A stretch of 64,000 nt of DNA from Promethearchaeota archaeon (lineage in GTDB: Archaea > Asgardarchaeota > Thorarchaeia > Thorarchaeales > Thorarchaeaceae), in contig WJIL01000068.1 of assembly GCA_014730275.1 (NCBI GenBank), forward strand, positions 87,527 through 151,526, read 5' to 3'. Position numbers and translations under genes: made by a program. This document shows positions 47,412 to 57,184 of the stretch, in pieces. How positions within the stretch are numbered: position 1 is the first letter of the stretch; every line of letters starts with the position of its first letter. The notes beneath the pieces are model-generated. The model was not told where the DNA came from, ran no database searches, and saw only the letters and a list, made by a program, of their open reading frames with translations.

Positions 47412-47927
47412 TTGGTGAGGAGTTTGGAACATACGCTTTCGGGAATGCTGGCATTTATCGCGTCAGTAGTGTTTCTTTCACTCGTAAGTTACCAAGATCT
47501 CAAGAATCGTCATGTCGAGAACAAGATAATGATTGCAAGTGCTATTATTGGCACTTTGCTTACGTTAGTATCAGGGCATTTTTTTCAGTTCGTGTGGCAA
47601 CATATACTTGCAATATCAGTCACGTTTCTTCTCGCCACGGTCCTTTTCCGAGCTGGTTCCATTGGTGGAGCAGATTTCAAATCGCTTCTCATTATAGCGG
47701 TCATGAGTCCCGGAGCTGAATTCCATAGTATTGGCAATCCACTATTCGAGAGTGTGATAGTGCCCATGCTACAGGTACTTCTCATGTTAATTATGGGGAA
47801 GATTTGGTGCATTTTCAAATGGGGAAAGAAACTAGATGATGAAGCAGTACCACCCCTATTACCTTTCCTCTTAGCAGGTTATCTTCTGCTCCAGACTCTT
47901 CCGCCTCTAGTGATGATTGCACTATGA
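47412..47927 (+). CDS. A24-family prepilin/preflagellin (pre-archaellin) signal peptidase
   Basis: Polytopic membrane protein with the two catalytic Asp contexts (SYQDLKNRHV and GGADFKSL). Confidence 0.75.
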   Translation: MVRSLEHTLSGMLAFIASVVFLSLVSYQDLKNRHVENKIMIASAIIGTLLTLVSGHFFQFVWQHILAISVTFLLATVLFRAGSIGGADFKSLLIIAVMSPGAEFHSIGNPLFESVIVPMLQVLLMLIMGKIWCIFKWGKKLDDEAVPPLLPFLLAGYLLLQTLPPLVMIAL

Positions 47928-47929
47928 GG

Positions 47930-48640
47930 TTACGCCTCAACCCTGATGCCATTCTCAGAGATTACGAATCTGTGCTTCTTCATGCTATGTGCAGTTCTTC
48001 GCATCTTCCAGATCAATAGATTTCGATTGAGCTTGTCATTGATTATGTCAAGATCCAAGAGAATCAAACCCTGGGTAACGAATTCCTCAACTCCAGTTCG
48101 GCTGAGTGCATTTGGGGTCGTAGTGTCGCAAACCAAAATTGAGGTTACACCAAGCTGTCGAAGAAGCGCACTCAGTTTGTATATCTCTTTTCGAACATTA
48201 GAAGTCTCATCGAAGTTCATATTCAGAGCGGATAAGCTATCTATAACAACCCGATTTGCTCGTACTTCTTCAACAGCATCGTAGATTTCTTGTGCGAGTG
48301 TGCTCAAATCAAAGCCGCGCCTTAAGGCATGAGTCTCTGAAGTTGGCAATCCTGCCTTGCTGGAAGCGGCATCAATCATTACGAGTGTTTCTTCTTGTTC
48401 TAGTGTTCCGATATCCCAATTGAATTGGAGTGCTTCTGCTCTTAGTTCGTCAGGTCTAGATTCAAGCGTAACGAAAACACCTGATTCATCATAGTTTCGA
48501 GCTCCCATACAAAGAAACTGAAGCCCAAAAACTGTTTTCCCAGATCCCGCCGGTCCAGAGAGTAATATGGAGCTGCCTTCTACGAGACCTCCTTCTACTA
48601 GCTCATCGAGGCCTGGAATGCCAGTCTTGACCCGCTTCAT
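47930..48640 (-). CDS. KaiC/RecA-superfamily ATPase (single KaiC-like domain)
   Basis: GIPGLDELVEGGL...LLSGPAGSGKT Walker A, Walker B VVIDSLSAL. 236 aa. Confidence 0.75.
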   Translation of the reverse strand: MKRVKTGIPGLDELVEGGLVEGSSILLSGPAGSGKTVFGLQFLCMGARNYDESGVFVTLESRPDELRAEALQFNWDIGTLEQEETLVMIDAASSKAGLPTSETHALRRGFDLSTLAQEIYDAVEEVRANRVVIDSLSALNMNFDETSNVRKEIYKLSALLRQLGVTSILVCDTTTPNALSRTGVEEFVTQGLILLDLDIINDKLNRNLLIWKMRRTAHSMKKHRFVISENGIRVEA

Positions 48641-49128
48641 TCCGAATCAAACTCCCTAATTTGACTTAGTTCCCAACCCTTAACAACTTCAGCCAAAGAT
48701 ACTGAATCAACCGAAACTACATCAGGAGCCTTTTTGAGTTGGTTAACCTTGTCAGCTATTGCATTCTCGCTGGAGCCCATCAAAACTGCATGAATAACCA
48801 TTGGTTCTTTCGCCACAGCTACCAGTAGATAATCGTCATCCTCAGCCAATTCCTCGGCAAAAGTCAATGTTCGATCTTGGCTGATATCTGGTATTATATG
48901 CCCACCAATTTCGATTCGCAGCAGAGAAGCATCATGATATCCACAAGCTTCAGGTTCAACAAGAGCAGCGAAGCGCGTAACTACACCTTTTTCCTGTAGC
49001 TTCTTTGTTCTGAAATGTACCGTTGTATCAGGACGGCCTACTTCCTCTGCAATTTGAGTAAATGGCTTTCTTGCATCTTCCTGAAGAAGATGAAGCAATT
49101 TTTGGTCTAGTTCATCTAGATTTTCCAT
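48637..49128 (-). CDS. lrp: Lrp/AsnC-family transcriptional regulator
   Basis: HTH (LDELDQKLLHLLQEDARKPFTQIAEEVG) plus a C-terminal RAM domain. Likely start is MENLDE at 49128; the ORF track extends 32 codons further. Stop overlaps the KaiC-like start. Confidence 0.8.
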   Translation of the reverse strand: MENLDELDQKLLHLLQEDARKPFTQIAEEVGRPDTTVHFRTKKLQEKGVVTRFAALVEPEACGYHDASLLRIEIGGHIIPDISQDRTLTFAEELAEDDDYLLVAVAKEPMVIHAVLMGSSENAIADKVNQLKKAPDVVSVDSVSLAEVVKGWELSQIREFDSE

Positions 49129-49353
49129 GCGTCCAAGACCCCAATGCAGGCAGCATGCTGCTGAGCAGATAATCCCCTTAGTCAGTAGCCTATTAAGGGT
49201 TGCCCGATTCGCAACAAAACACAAGGGGATTGAGAGATTCGCGTTTCATCGCAGGTATAATGTGAAGGCCTCAGTTTTTGCAAGATTGAAGATACAAGGG
49301 GTAACAATTCGCAATTTGTGAAACAAATACAAATCACGAACTGAAAGTGGAAT

Positions 49354-49695
49354 CTAGCTCTCAATCAATGATGGGGGTAAAGTGAATGCGTAGATGAGCG
49401 TCCACAATAGAACCCAAAGGAGCAAATATGAAGGTAAGGAATCGGTAACCAGCTTTTGGTAGCCTCCAAGTGCTTCTGGATCCATGTTCATAATGTAGAC
49501 CAATACGTACAGACTTATGACGTAGATGAGCAAGCCAAAGACGATACCCCTTGTCCCTGCAAAAGCAGGCCCAGCAACACCACAGATAATTGCGCTAATG
49601 CAAGCGAAGAAAATTTTGACGTAATAATTGAGATCGCTTGGATCATCTTTCCATCTGTCGAAAATGGTGTGAAAGACTGAGCTAAGGGGGTCCAT
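49354..49695 (-). CDS. Hypothetical small membrane protein
   Basis: 113-aa ORF with three hydrophobic helices. Weak support. Confidence 0.4.
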   Translation of the reverse strand: MDPLSSVFHTIFDRWKDDPSDLNYYVKIFFACISAIICGVAGPAFAGTRGIVFGLLIYVISLYVLVYIMNMDPEALGGYQKLVTDSLPSYLLLWVLLWTLIYAFTLPPSLIES

Positions 49696-49755
49696 TTGGA
49701 ATCACCTATCTGATGTGAATCGTAAATCGACTGTGTTATAAAAGCCTCGGTCTGA

Positions 49756-51765
49756 TTGCTACACATAATGAAGGAGTCGATGAGCAATACAGACATTCGG
49801 GCAATCATGCCGGAGATAAAGGAAGTAGGACAAGGTGCCTTTGTAAACAACGTCTATCAGTACAATGGTATCTTTGTTCTAAAGGTCCATAAAACAACAG
49901 TAGGAACTAGACAAATTCTCATCGAGCCAGGTCGCCGGATACATGTGACACGTTATCGGAGAGACGCTCCGCGTTTTCCTCCCGAATTCTGTATGGTGCT
50001 TCGGAAATACCTCAGGAATCGCGTGATTACGAATATTGAACAATATGATTTGGACAGGATAGTGGTTTTTGAAGTTGGAAACGACGAGAACAAATACAAG
50101 CTTATCGTGGAACTGTTTGGGAAGGGTAATGTCGTACTTGTTGACCCTGATGACGAAATATTCGTTGGGCTTTACTACAAGAAGATGCGTGATCGCAATG
50201 TAGTTCCAAATGCTACGTATCAGTTCCCCCCGCAAAGAGGGCGAGATATACTTGCGGTGGAGCTTCAAGACTTAGAAGATGTAATTGAAGATTCCAATGC
50301 GAGCCTAATACGAACATTAACACGGGGATTCAATGTAGATTCCTTAAGCTGCGAAGAAGTCTGTGCTTTGGCAGGGATTTCTCCAACTGAATCATCCCAG
50401 AATGTCACAGAGAATCAAATTCGCGATTTGATGTACGGTTTCAAGGAATACCTTGGAAAAATAGAGAAGGGGGCTGATGAACCAAGGATAGTCCTAGACG
50501 ATGAAGGGCAATATCTTTCATTCGTTCCCTTCAAATTCGAGACTTACGCGGGGATGTCAGAGGAGGTATTTGACACCTACAGTCAGGCCATTGACGAGTT
50601 CTTTGGCTTCCCGGAGCTTGAGAAAGAAATAGATAAGAAACAAGCAGCATTAAGAGAGGAAAAAGAAAGGCTTGAGACTATTATCGAGAAACAAAAAGAG
50701 AATCTAGATGAACTGGAAGAGGAGGCCAGCCTATTACGAGAGACTGGCGAGGCGATGTACGCAAATTTCCAAGAAATAAATGAGATACTGCACACTGTCG
50801 AACAAGCGAGATCTGATGGCGTTCCGTGGGCGAGAATTCAGGAAAAAATAGAGGTGGGAAAGAAAAAGGAAATTCCATCTGCTGAGATGATTACTGAAAT
50901 CCATCCTGAAAGAGGGGAAGTTATTCTAGAAGTAGATGGTAAAACGACTAGCTTGGATATACGAAAAAGTGTTCAGCAAAATGCGTCGAAGCTGTATAAC
51001 CGGGCAAAGAAAATCGAGGGGAAAATGAAAGGCGCAAGGCAACAAATAGAGAAAACCAGAAAAGAACTCGAGAATCTCGATGAAAGCGAAATTGAACCTA
51101 TAGAAGAACAGAAACCCGTAAAGGTCAGGAGAAAGCACTGGTATGAAAAATACCGGTGGTTCAAGTCTTCCGAGGGGCATTTGGTTTTAGGTGGGAGAGA
51201 TGCTAAAACAAACGAAGAGCTTGCTAAGAAGCACTTGGGTCCGAATGACGTTTTCATACACGCTGCTGTGCACGGTGCTCCTTACGTTATCATAAAAGTC
51301 CCAGATGAGCAACCCGGAGACATAACCCTTAGAGAAGCCGGAAAATTCTCAATTACATTCTCAAAAGCTTGGCAAGAGAATCTTGTAAGCGCGGATGCTT
51401 ATTGGGTAGAACCAAATCAGGTAAGCTTCAGTCCTCCTTCTGGGGAGTACCTTCCTTCAGGTGCCGTTATGATATATGGCTCAAAGAACTACATCGAGAA
51501 CATATCTATTGAGCTGGCAGTGGGATTGTTGTTTGAAGGAGAACACGCGGTACCCATGTCAGGACCATATTCAGCAGTAGAAAGCCACACAGAGTTCAAT
51601 ATCAAAGTAGGTCCAGGAAGGCAGAAGAAGAGCAATCTTGTCAAGTCAATAATGCATCGATTTGAAGAAATGCTGCCCGAAGACAAGGCAAGAATCCTGA
51701 GCCGGACGCCAGAAGAGGAGATTATGAGGGTCCTCCCCCCAGGTGAAGGTCATATTTTGGAGTGA
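49756..51765 (+). CDS. rqcH: RqcH/NEMF (Tae2, FbpA) family ribosome-quality-control protein (NFACT-N, coiled coil, NFACT-R/DUF814)
   Basis: 669 aa. Central coiled-coil. HWYEKYRWFKSSEGHLVLGGRDAKTNEEL...VFIHAAVHGAPYVIIK is the DUF814/NFACT-R signature. Confidence 0.8.
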   Translation: MLHIMKESMSNTDIRAIMPEIKEVGQGAFVNNVYQYNGIFVLKVHKTTVGTRQILIEPGRRIHVTRYRRDAPRFPPEFCMVLRKYLRNRVITNIEQYDLDRIVVFEVGNDENKYKLIVELFGKGNVVLVDPDDEIFVGLYYKKMRDRNVVPNATYQFPPQRGRDILAVELQDLEDVIEDSNASLIRTLTRGFNVDSLSCEEVCALAGISPTESSQNVTENQIRDLMYGFKEYLGKIEKGADEPRIVLDDEGQYLSFVPFKFETYAGMSEEVFDTYSQAIDEFFGFPELEKEIDKKQAALREEKERLETIIEKQKENLDELEEEASLLRETGEAMYANFQEINEILHTVEQARSDGVPWARIQEKIEVGKKKEIPSAEMITEIHPERGEVILEVDGKTTSLDIRKSVQQNASKLYNRAKKIEGKMKGARQQIEKTRKELENLDESEIEPIEEQKPVKVRRKHWYEKYRWFKSSEGHLVLGGRDAKTNEELAKKHLGPNDVFIHAAVHGAPYVIIKVPDEQPGDITLREAGKFSITFSKAWQENLVSADAYWVEPNQVSFSPPSGEYLPSGAVMIYGSKNYIENISIELAVGLLFEGEHAVPMSGPYSAVESHTEFNIKVGPGRQKKSNLVKSIMHRFEEMLPEDKARILSRTPEEEIMRVLPPGEGHILE

Positions 51766-51871
51766 ATCAGCAAGAGGATTATAGCCTGTTCACTAGAACA
51801 AACACATTTAAAGCGAAACCAAAAGCTTGAGCTCAAACGGTACCCAGTACCGAATTAATTGAGGAATTGAG

Positions 51872-52438
51872 ATGGATGACCCGTCGCAATCAATGGCTAT
51901 TCGGGATATCATGACTATGGATGTTGTAAGTACTGCTCCAGACGCCACTGTCCTGGAAGTGGCCAAGTCTATGAGTCGAATGGATATAGGTTCAATCGTA
52001 ATTGTGGATAAAGAAAGGGCAATCGGATTGATTACCGAAGCAGACATTGTAAGACGAGTTGTAGCAAAAGAGCGTGATGTCCGTGCTACACGAGCCAGAG
52101 AAATAATGTCATCACCGATAATACATGTGGAACCTCAAACCGCGCTTACGAAGGCGATGAGGATTATGGCACAGAGCAAAATCCGTCGATTAGCAGTTCT
52201 GAAAAATCATTCACTGGTGGGGATTGTCACATCAAGAGACATTCTCCGATGGTCGCCCGAATTGATTGATATTCTCATTGAATCATTGAAGATTAAAGAG
52301 GGGGAGCATGTATCAGGCCAAGAAGAGAAAGAAGATCGTCTTATCGCATATGGTGGAACCTGTGATATATGTGGCGGGTATTCAACCGAGTTGGCCCTCG
52401 TAGATGGCCAGTATGTTTGCGAGGACTGTAGGAGGTAA
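51872..52438 (+). CDS. CBS-pair protein with a C-terminal zinc ribbon
   Basis: Two CBS motifs (IRDIMTMDVVS..., AREIMSSPIIHV...) and a C-terminal CDICGG...CEDC. Confidence 0.7.
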   Translation: MDDPSQSMAIRDIMTMDVVSTAPDATVLEVAKSMSRMDIGSIVIVDKERAIGLITEADIVRRVVAKERDVRATRAREIMSSPIIHVEPQTALTKAMRIMAQSKIRRLAVLKNHSLVGIVTSRDILRWSPELIDILIESLKIKEGEHVSGQEEKEDRLIAYGGTCDICGGYSTELALVDGQYVCEDCRR

Positions 52439-52501
52439 TTAGCAGAACCAGAAGACCGGTTCTACCCGGTCATGAACTAAACACTCAAGGAGGTCTATGC
52501 T

Positions 52502-53320
52502 ATGGAAGTAGAGAAAATAATGTCTGAGCCGGAAACAATCGACAAGGACCAGCGTTTATCACATGCACTGGATTTGCTGGAGAAGAAAGGTGTGGATAGA
52601 CTGATTGTAACACAAGATAAGGAGCTAACTGGTATACTCACATATGCCGATATTGCAGATAGGTTAGATGTTAGCAAGGTAGTAGCTGTATCTATCAGTA
52701 GACTTCATGTATCAAGTGCAATGAGTAGCTCGGTAATTACTGTCTCGCCAAAGGACGATATAACAGATGTCGCTAAGCTCATGCTCGAGAGAGGAATGAG
52801 CGGATGCCCTGTAGTGGATGAGGAGAATAACATAGTTGGTGTGATTACCAAGATTGAGTTATCCCGACTTGTGCAGAAATTCGACAATGTAGCTGTGGAA
52901 GATTTGATGACCGCAGAAGATCTATTGGTGGCGAGTCCAGTTGACCGTCTCGTAAAAGCAAGATTGGATATGCTAACAGCAGGCTTCTCGGGTCTGCCCG
53001 TGACCGATGGTGGGGCAGTTGTAGGGTTGCTTACTGAGAAGCTGGTTGCCGAGGCAATGGCGAGATTCACATCAGAGGTCCCCGATAAGTATAGATCAAA
53101 TCAGGTAAGACAAATACGGGTAGTTGATGCCATGCAGCAACAACCTCCAGTCGTGAATACGGAAACGTCTATTGCTGAAGCATCTACCAGAATGCTTGAT
53201 GCTAAGCTAAACACTCTACCAGTCGTAGATGAGAACGATAGACTTGTGGGCATAATTAGCGCAACTGACTTTACTCGCTTCGTTGCCAATAATTTTCAAG
53301 TTCCCGAAACTAGCAACTGA
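52502..53320 (+). CDS. CBS domain protein (four CBS motifs)
   Basis: Repeated CBS-like blocks along 272 aa. Confidence 0.7.
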   Translation: MEVEKIMSEPETIDKDQRLSHALDLLEKKGVDRLIVTQDKELTGILTYADIADRLDVSKVVAVSISRLHVSSAMSSSVITVSPKDDITDVAKLMLERGMSGCPVVDEENNIVGVITKIELSRLVQKFDNVAVEDLMTAEDLLVASPVDRLVKARLDMLTAGFSGLPVTDGGAVVGLLTEKLVAEAMARFTSEVPDKYRSNQVRQIRVVDAMQQQPPVVNTETSIAEASTRMLDAKLNTLPVVDENDRLVGIISATDFTRFVANNFQVPETSN

Positions 53321-53373
53321 GCGAAGACATCAAATAGCACGGGTGTATCCAAGGGCCTAAGAGGCCTAAGCAT

Positions 53374-54693
53374 ATGACCGCAGAGTTGATTCTTCGTGGC
53401 GGCAGCATTGTTCAAAATGGGGAATTATGCAAAAGGTCGGTGGTTGTTGATAAAGGGAAGATAGAGGGAATCTACGAAGTTGGACAAGAACCTGCTGCAG
53501 AAACTGACATTGATTGTACGGGATTGTACATTCTGCCAGGAATGATTGATATCCACACCCATCTCAGAGATTTGAAGCAGTCAAACAAGGAGGACTATCG
53601 CTCGGGAACCATGGCCGCTGCCGCTGGGGGTGTAACTACAGTTGTTGATATGCCTAACTCTCAACCTCCTGTTTTGTCCCACAATGTTTTACAGCAAAAG
53701 ATAGAGCGAGCTCGGGAAAACAGTTTCGTCAATATTGGCTTTTACGGAGGCATTCCTAAGAGTGCTAAGGCACCAAATGAGAAATTCTTCAATGATATAC
53801 TCGGATTGAAGGTTTATCCACATGCCCCCCTTGACAAGGACATACAATATACCAAAGAAAGAATCAGAGAATGCCTCAATCTTGCGAGAAGATGGGACCT
53901 TCCACTCCTTCTCCACCCGGATTTCTCGGATCCAGACGCACGACCCGAAACGGTTCAGGATTTCTTTGAGATACATAGTTGCGAAGCTGAGAGGAGGGCA
54001 GTTGTAACTTTCATTGACGCTCTAAAGGAAATTGAGAGCAGAGTACATGTATGTCATGTCAGCTGTGCATTTACTGCCAAGCTGATTAAGAAGCACAGAG
54101 CAGAAAACACACTAACTGCCGAGGTGACGCCCCATCACTTGCTTTTGACCGGGGACAAATTCACAAATAAGAATGGAGAAGCAAAGGTACTACCTCCACT
54201 TAGGTCACCACATGACAGAAGATTCTTGCAGGAATCTGTATCACACTGTGTAATCGATTGTGTTGCTTCGGATCATGCGCCACACACTAAGAAGGAGAAA
54301 CATGCTCCGTTCCTGCATGCATCATCCGGTTTTCCAGGTTTGGAAACAACTGTGCCACTCATGTTAACACGGGTTCTCAAAGGAGAGATGCACTGGGTAG
54401 AATATCTTAGATGCTGCTGTTCAGCCCCTGCGAGAATACTGAATATCCCAGGAAAGGGTATCCTCTGCAAGGGTTATGACGCCGATTTAATAGTAGTAAA
54501 AGAAGACAAATATGAAATCAGGGGCGATAAGTTTCATTCCAAAACAACTGTCACACCCTTTGAAGGTCAAGAAGTGCTCGCACGTCCCGTAATGACCTTT
54601 GTTGGAGGTAGGTTAGTATATCGAGATGGTAGTTTCAAAGTAAGGCCAGGAACAGCAGGCATTGTACCAGTACGTAACGTAATAGAGCATTAA
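53374..54693 (+). CDS. pyrC: Cyclic amidohydrolase, dihydroorotase-like
   Basis: DIHTHLRD metal site, 439 aa, Gly-rich AAAAGGVTTVVDMPN segment, conserved downstream His/Asp. Confidence 0.6.
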   Translation: MTAELILRGGSIVQNGELCKRSVVVDKGKIEGIYEVGQEPAAETDIDCTGLYILPGMIDIHTHLRDLKQSNKEDYRSGTMAAAAGGVTTVVDMPNSQPPVLSHNVLQQKIERARENSFVNIGFYGGIPKSAKAPNEKFFNDILGLKVYPHAPLDKDIQYTKERIRECLNLARRWDLPLLLHPDFSDPDARPETVQDFFEIHSCEAERRAVVTFIDALKEIESRVHVCHVSCAFTAKLIKKHRAENTLTAEVTPHHLLLTGDKFTNKNGEAKVLPPLRSPHDRRFLQESVSHCVIDCVASDHAPHTKKEKHAPFLHASSGFPGLETTVPLMLTRVLKGEMHWVEYLRCCCSAPARILNIPGKGILCKGYDADLIVVKEDKYEIRGDKFHSKTTVTPFEGQEVLARPVMTFVGGRLVYRDGSFKVRPGTAGIVPVRNVIEH

Positions 54694-54731
54694 ACAAATA
54701 ACCCGGGTCGTATACCGTTTCAAGTGAGTGT

Positions 54732-55367
54732 GTGAAAGTGGACCAAGTTTACTCCAAAGATGATGGTGAGTTCCTAGTCAAATTAGCTAGAAGAACTGTA
54801 GAGCAATTTGCTCGGGAAAGCACAAAACCAAACGTTCCAGATGACACACCAAGCCATCTGAAGAGAGAATCCGGTGTATTTGTCACACTGAATTCCACTT
54901 CCTCGAGCAAGAATAATCTTCGGGGATGTATTGGTAGACCATATCCCACGGATCCGTTGGTTCAAGCAACAATAGACTCTGCATTCGATGCCGCAGCCAA
55001 CGATCCTAGATTCTCACCGGTCAAGGAAAAGGAACTCGATTCTATCATAATAGAGGTTAGTTTGTTGACTCCACCCGAAGAAATTGAATGCTCAAACCCG
55101 GACGAGTTGATGAAGGAAATAGAGGTGGGATGTGATGGTTTGATTGCAGCAAAAGGTGGAAGAAGGGGGCTACTATTACCGCAGGTTGCAGTAGAATGGA
55201 ACTGGGATGCCGAGGAGTTTCTCAGACATACTTGCAGAAAGGCAATGCTACCTATGGAAGCTTGGAGAGAACCAGACACCAAGTTCATGAAGTTCCAAGC
55301 AGAGATTTTCGGTGAAGTTTCCCCACGTGGGAATGTAGTTCGTAAAGACAATTCAGCAAAGGAATGA
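54732..55367 (+). CDS. AMMECR1 domain protein
   Basis: LRGCIG hallmark motif. GTG start. Confidence 0.8.
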   Translation: MKVDQVYSKDDGEFLVKLARRTVEQFARESTKPNVPDDTPSHLKRESGVFVTLNSTSSSKNNLRGCIGRPYPTDPLVQATIDSAFDAAANDPRFSPVKEKELDSIIIEVSLLTPPEEIECSNPDELMKEIEVGCDGLIAAKGGRRGLLLPQVAVEWNWDAEEFLRHTCRKAMLPMEAWREPDTKFMKFQAEIFGEVSPRGNVVRKDNSAKE

Positions 55368-55371
55368 GGTC

Positions 55372-56238
55372 ATGAGGAAAATGTACGAATCGCCGCCCTC
55401 TGTGATTGAAAGTCTTGAATCCTTCCTTCAAGAAGATATCAGATCAGGAGACATTACCACCCAAGCTTTAGTCCCATCGTTAAGAAAGGGGGTCGGTGAA
55501 ATTGGAGCAAAGGAGAAAACCGTTGTTGCGGGTTTGAAGGAGATTAGGGACCTTACCCGTCTTACTGATTTGAAATACGAAACAAAGGTCCAAGAAGGCG
55601 TCTGGGTTGATTCTGGAGAAACAGTAATCACATTGTCTGGAAAAGCAGTAGCTCTTCTCACTGTCGAAAGACTGGCTCTGAATATCATCATGAGAATGAG
55701 TGGAATAGCAACAAAGACTCGTAAGATTGTTGATAGAATACGGGAGGTAAATCAAGATGTCCTACTTGCCGCGACCCGCAAGACAACACCAGGTTTCCGA
55801 TATTTCGAGAAGCGGGCAGTGGAAATTGGCGGGGGTGACTCCCATCGGTATGCTCTCGATGACATGGTTTTGATCAAGAACAACCATCTGGTTTCTGTTG
55901 AGAGTATTGAGCAAGCCGTCCTTGAATCAAAGAAAGCAGTCTCATTCTCAAAGAAAGTATCCTGTGAGGTGCGAAGTTTGGAGGGCGCTCTGAAGGCGGC
56001 AAGATCTGGAGCCGACATCATCTTACTGGATAATCAAACACCCTCTTCCGTTACGGAAATATGTCAAGCCCTTGACAAGGCAAACTTGAGAGATGAAGTA
56101 CTTCTGGAAGTATCTGGTGGAATCACAGAGCATAATGCGACTGAGTACGCTGAATGCGATGTGGACATACTATCCTCTGGCGCATTAACGCATTCGTACA
56201 AAAGTGCTGACTTCAGCATGAGTTTGGAGATTACGTAG
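55372..56238 (+). CDS. nadC: Nicotinate-nucleotide pyrophosphorylase (carboxylating) / quinolinate phosphoribosyltransferase
   Basis: 288 aa. RKTTPGFRYFEKRAVEIGGGDSHRYALDDMVLIKNNH is a typical NadC/ModD core. Confidence 0.85.
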   Translation: MRKMYESPPSVIESLESFLQEDIRSGDITTQALVPSLRKGVGEIGAKEKTVVAGLKEIRDLTRLTDLKYETKVQEGVWVDSGETVITLSGKAVALLTVERLALNIIMRMSGIATKTRKIVDRIREVNQDVLLAATRKTTPGFRYFEKRAVEIGGGDSHRYALDDMVLIKNNHLVSVESIEQAVLESKKAVSFSKKVSCEVRSLEGALKAARSGADIILLDNQTPSSVTEICQALDKANLRDEVLLEVSGGITEHNATEYAECDVDILSSGALTHSYKSADFSMSLEIT

Positions 56239-56245
56239 AAATAGT

Positions 56246-56323
56246 TGGTGCCCCGGCCGGGATTCGAACCCGGGTCATAGGGTCGAAAACCCTAGATGCT
56301 GGGCCGAGCTACACTACCGGGGC
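56246..56323 (-). tRNA. tRNA-Glu (anticodon UUC), CCA encoded
   Basis: Reverse complement gives a 7-bp acceptor stem GCCCCGG/CCGGGGC, D-arm, anticodon loop UUUUCGA (UUC), T-arm GGGTTCGAATCCC, and ACCA. Confidence 0.85.
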
Positions 56324-56471
56324 CTGTCGAGGTTTGACAAACTAGCACGGTTATTAAGATTGTGTCGTATGCGATGGTGATAAATAGATTCCGCGCTACT
56401 AATTTGCCGTCACAGTCTTGTTCTATCGGAGGCTGGTTTAAAGTGATGGTCTTCGGAAATGAAACTTGCTT

Positions 56472-56819
56472 TCAAGCGAAAAGATGACCCTCAGGGGCGC
56501 TCTCTTCTTTGGAAGATTCCTGATGGTTCTCGGAGGTGTTTTCGTTCAAAGATAGTTCACCAAAACAAATGCCATCCTCCGAGGAGGCCTGTAGAACGAA
56601 ATTCTGTAAATCGGAAGGTGTGGGAAGACCGGCAAGTGTGCGACCGCCAGCAACTAGGGTCGGAACTACTAGGATTCCAAATGCTCGAGCCAAGCGGCGG
56701 TACCTATCAATGTTGATTTCATACACCGAGATATCAGGCATGCACGTGTCCTCTCGTTGCAGCATCTTGCGTACAACTTCACACCAAACACAGTGATCGG
56801 ACGTGAACATGAGTATCAT
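56472..56819 (-). CDS. Thioredoxin-fold protein (glutaredoxin/thioredoxin-like, CxxC)
   Basis: CVWC active-site motif near the N-terminus, about 80-aa Trx-like core, then an acidic/Ser-rich tail. Confidence 0.6.
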   Translation of the reverse strand: MILMFTSDHCVWCEVVRKMLQREDTCMPDISVYEINIDRYRRLARAFGILVVPTLVAGGRTLAGLPTPSDLQNFVLQASSEDGICFGELSLNENTSENHQESSKEESAPEGHLFA

Positions 56820-57038
56820 TCGCTAGGCTCTCGCTGAGTTTTCCCGTAGTTCCAATCTTGAGATTTAAACTCAAACCAATCAGCCCCCTTCATCTTTGCA
56901 TCCAGTTGTGTGAATCAGCTACTTGGGGGCTCAGGGTCGCGAACCAGTATCAGTCTTCGGAGCCTGTATACGGTGATTCCCTCTTTCGCAACCTTTATCT
57001 CATTCCTTCAACCAAATCGTGTTTGAGTACGTAACCAC

Positions 57039-57143
57039 GGGCCCATAGCTCAGGTTGGTAGAGCGTCAGGCTCATAACCTGCCGGTCGAGCGTTCAAGAC
57101 AGTAGGGATTTCCCGCTGTGAGCAAATCGCTCTGGGCCCACCA
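57039..57143 (+). tRNA. tRNA-Met/Ile2-type (anticodon CAU) with an intron of about 28 nt at a non-canonical T-loop position. CCA encoded.
   Basis: Acceptor GGGCCCA/TGGGCCC + A + CCA. D-arm GCTC-AGGTTGGTA-GAGC. Anticodon loop CTCATAA. T-stem GAGCG...CGCTC interrupted by GACAGTAGGGATTTCCCGCTGTGAGCAA, whose removal restores a TTCAAAT T-loop. Followed by a T5 tract. Confidence 0.7.
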
Positions 57144-57165
57144 TTTCAACCTAAAATCCGCGCTC

Positions 57166-57170
57166 TTTTT
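57166..57170 (+). terminator. Oligo-T tract 23 nt after the tRNA-Met
   Basis: CTCTTTTTA seen in the sequence. Confidence 0.3.
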
Positions 57171-57184
57171 ACCCGGAATATCTT

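Noticed and set aside
49129-49224. Upstream 32 codons of the Lrp ORF (MCFVANRATLNRLLTKGIICSAACCLHWGLGR)
   Set aside because: Lrp/AsnC proteins begin at the HTH (MENLDELD). The extension is Cys/hydrophobic-rich and likely untranslated.
54962-55351. 129-aa antisense ORF within the AMMECR1 gene, and others at 53689..53976 and 58600..59052
   Set aside because: Shadow ORFs inside confidently assigned genes.
56881-56932. Possible tRNA from the complementary ends AGCCCCC/GGGGGCT
   Set aside because: The spacing between the arms (about 38 nt) is too short for a cloverleaf, and no D- or T-arm consensus is present.
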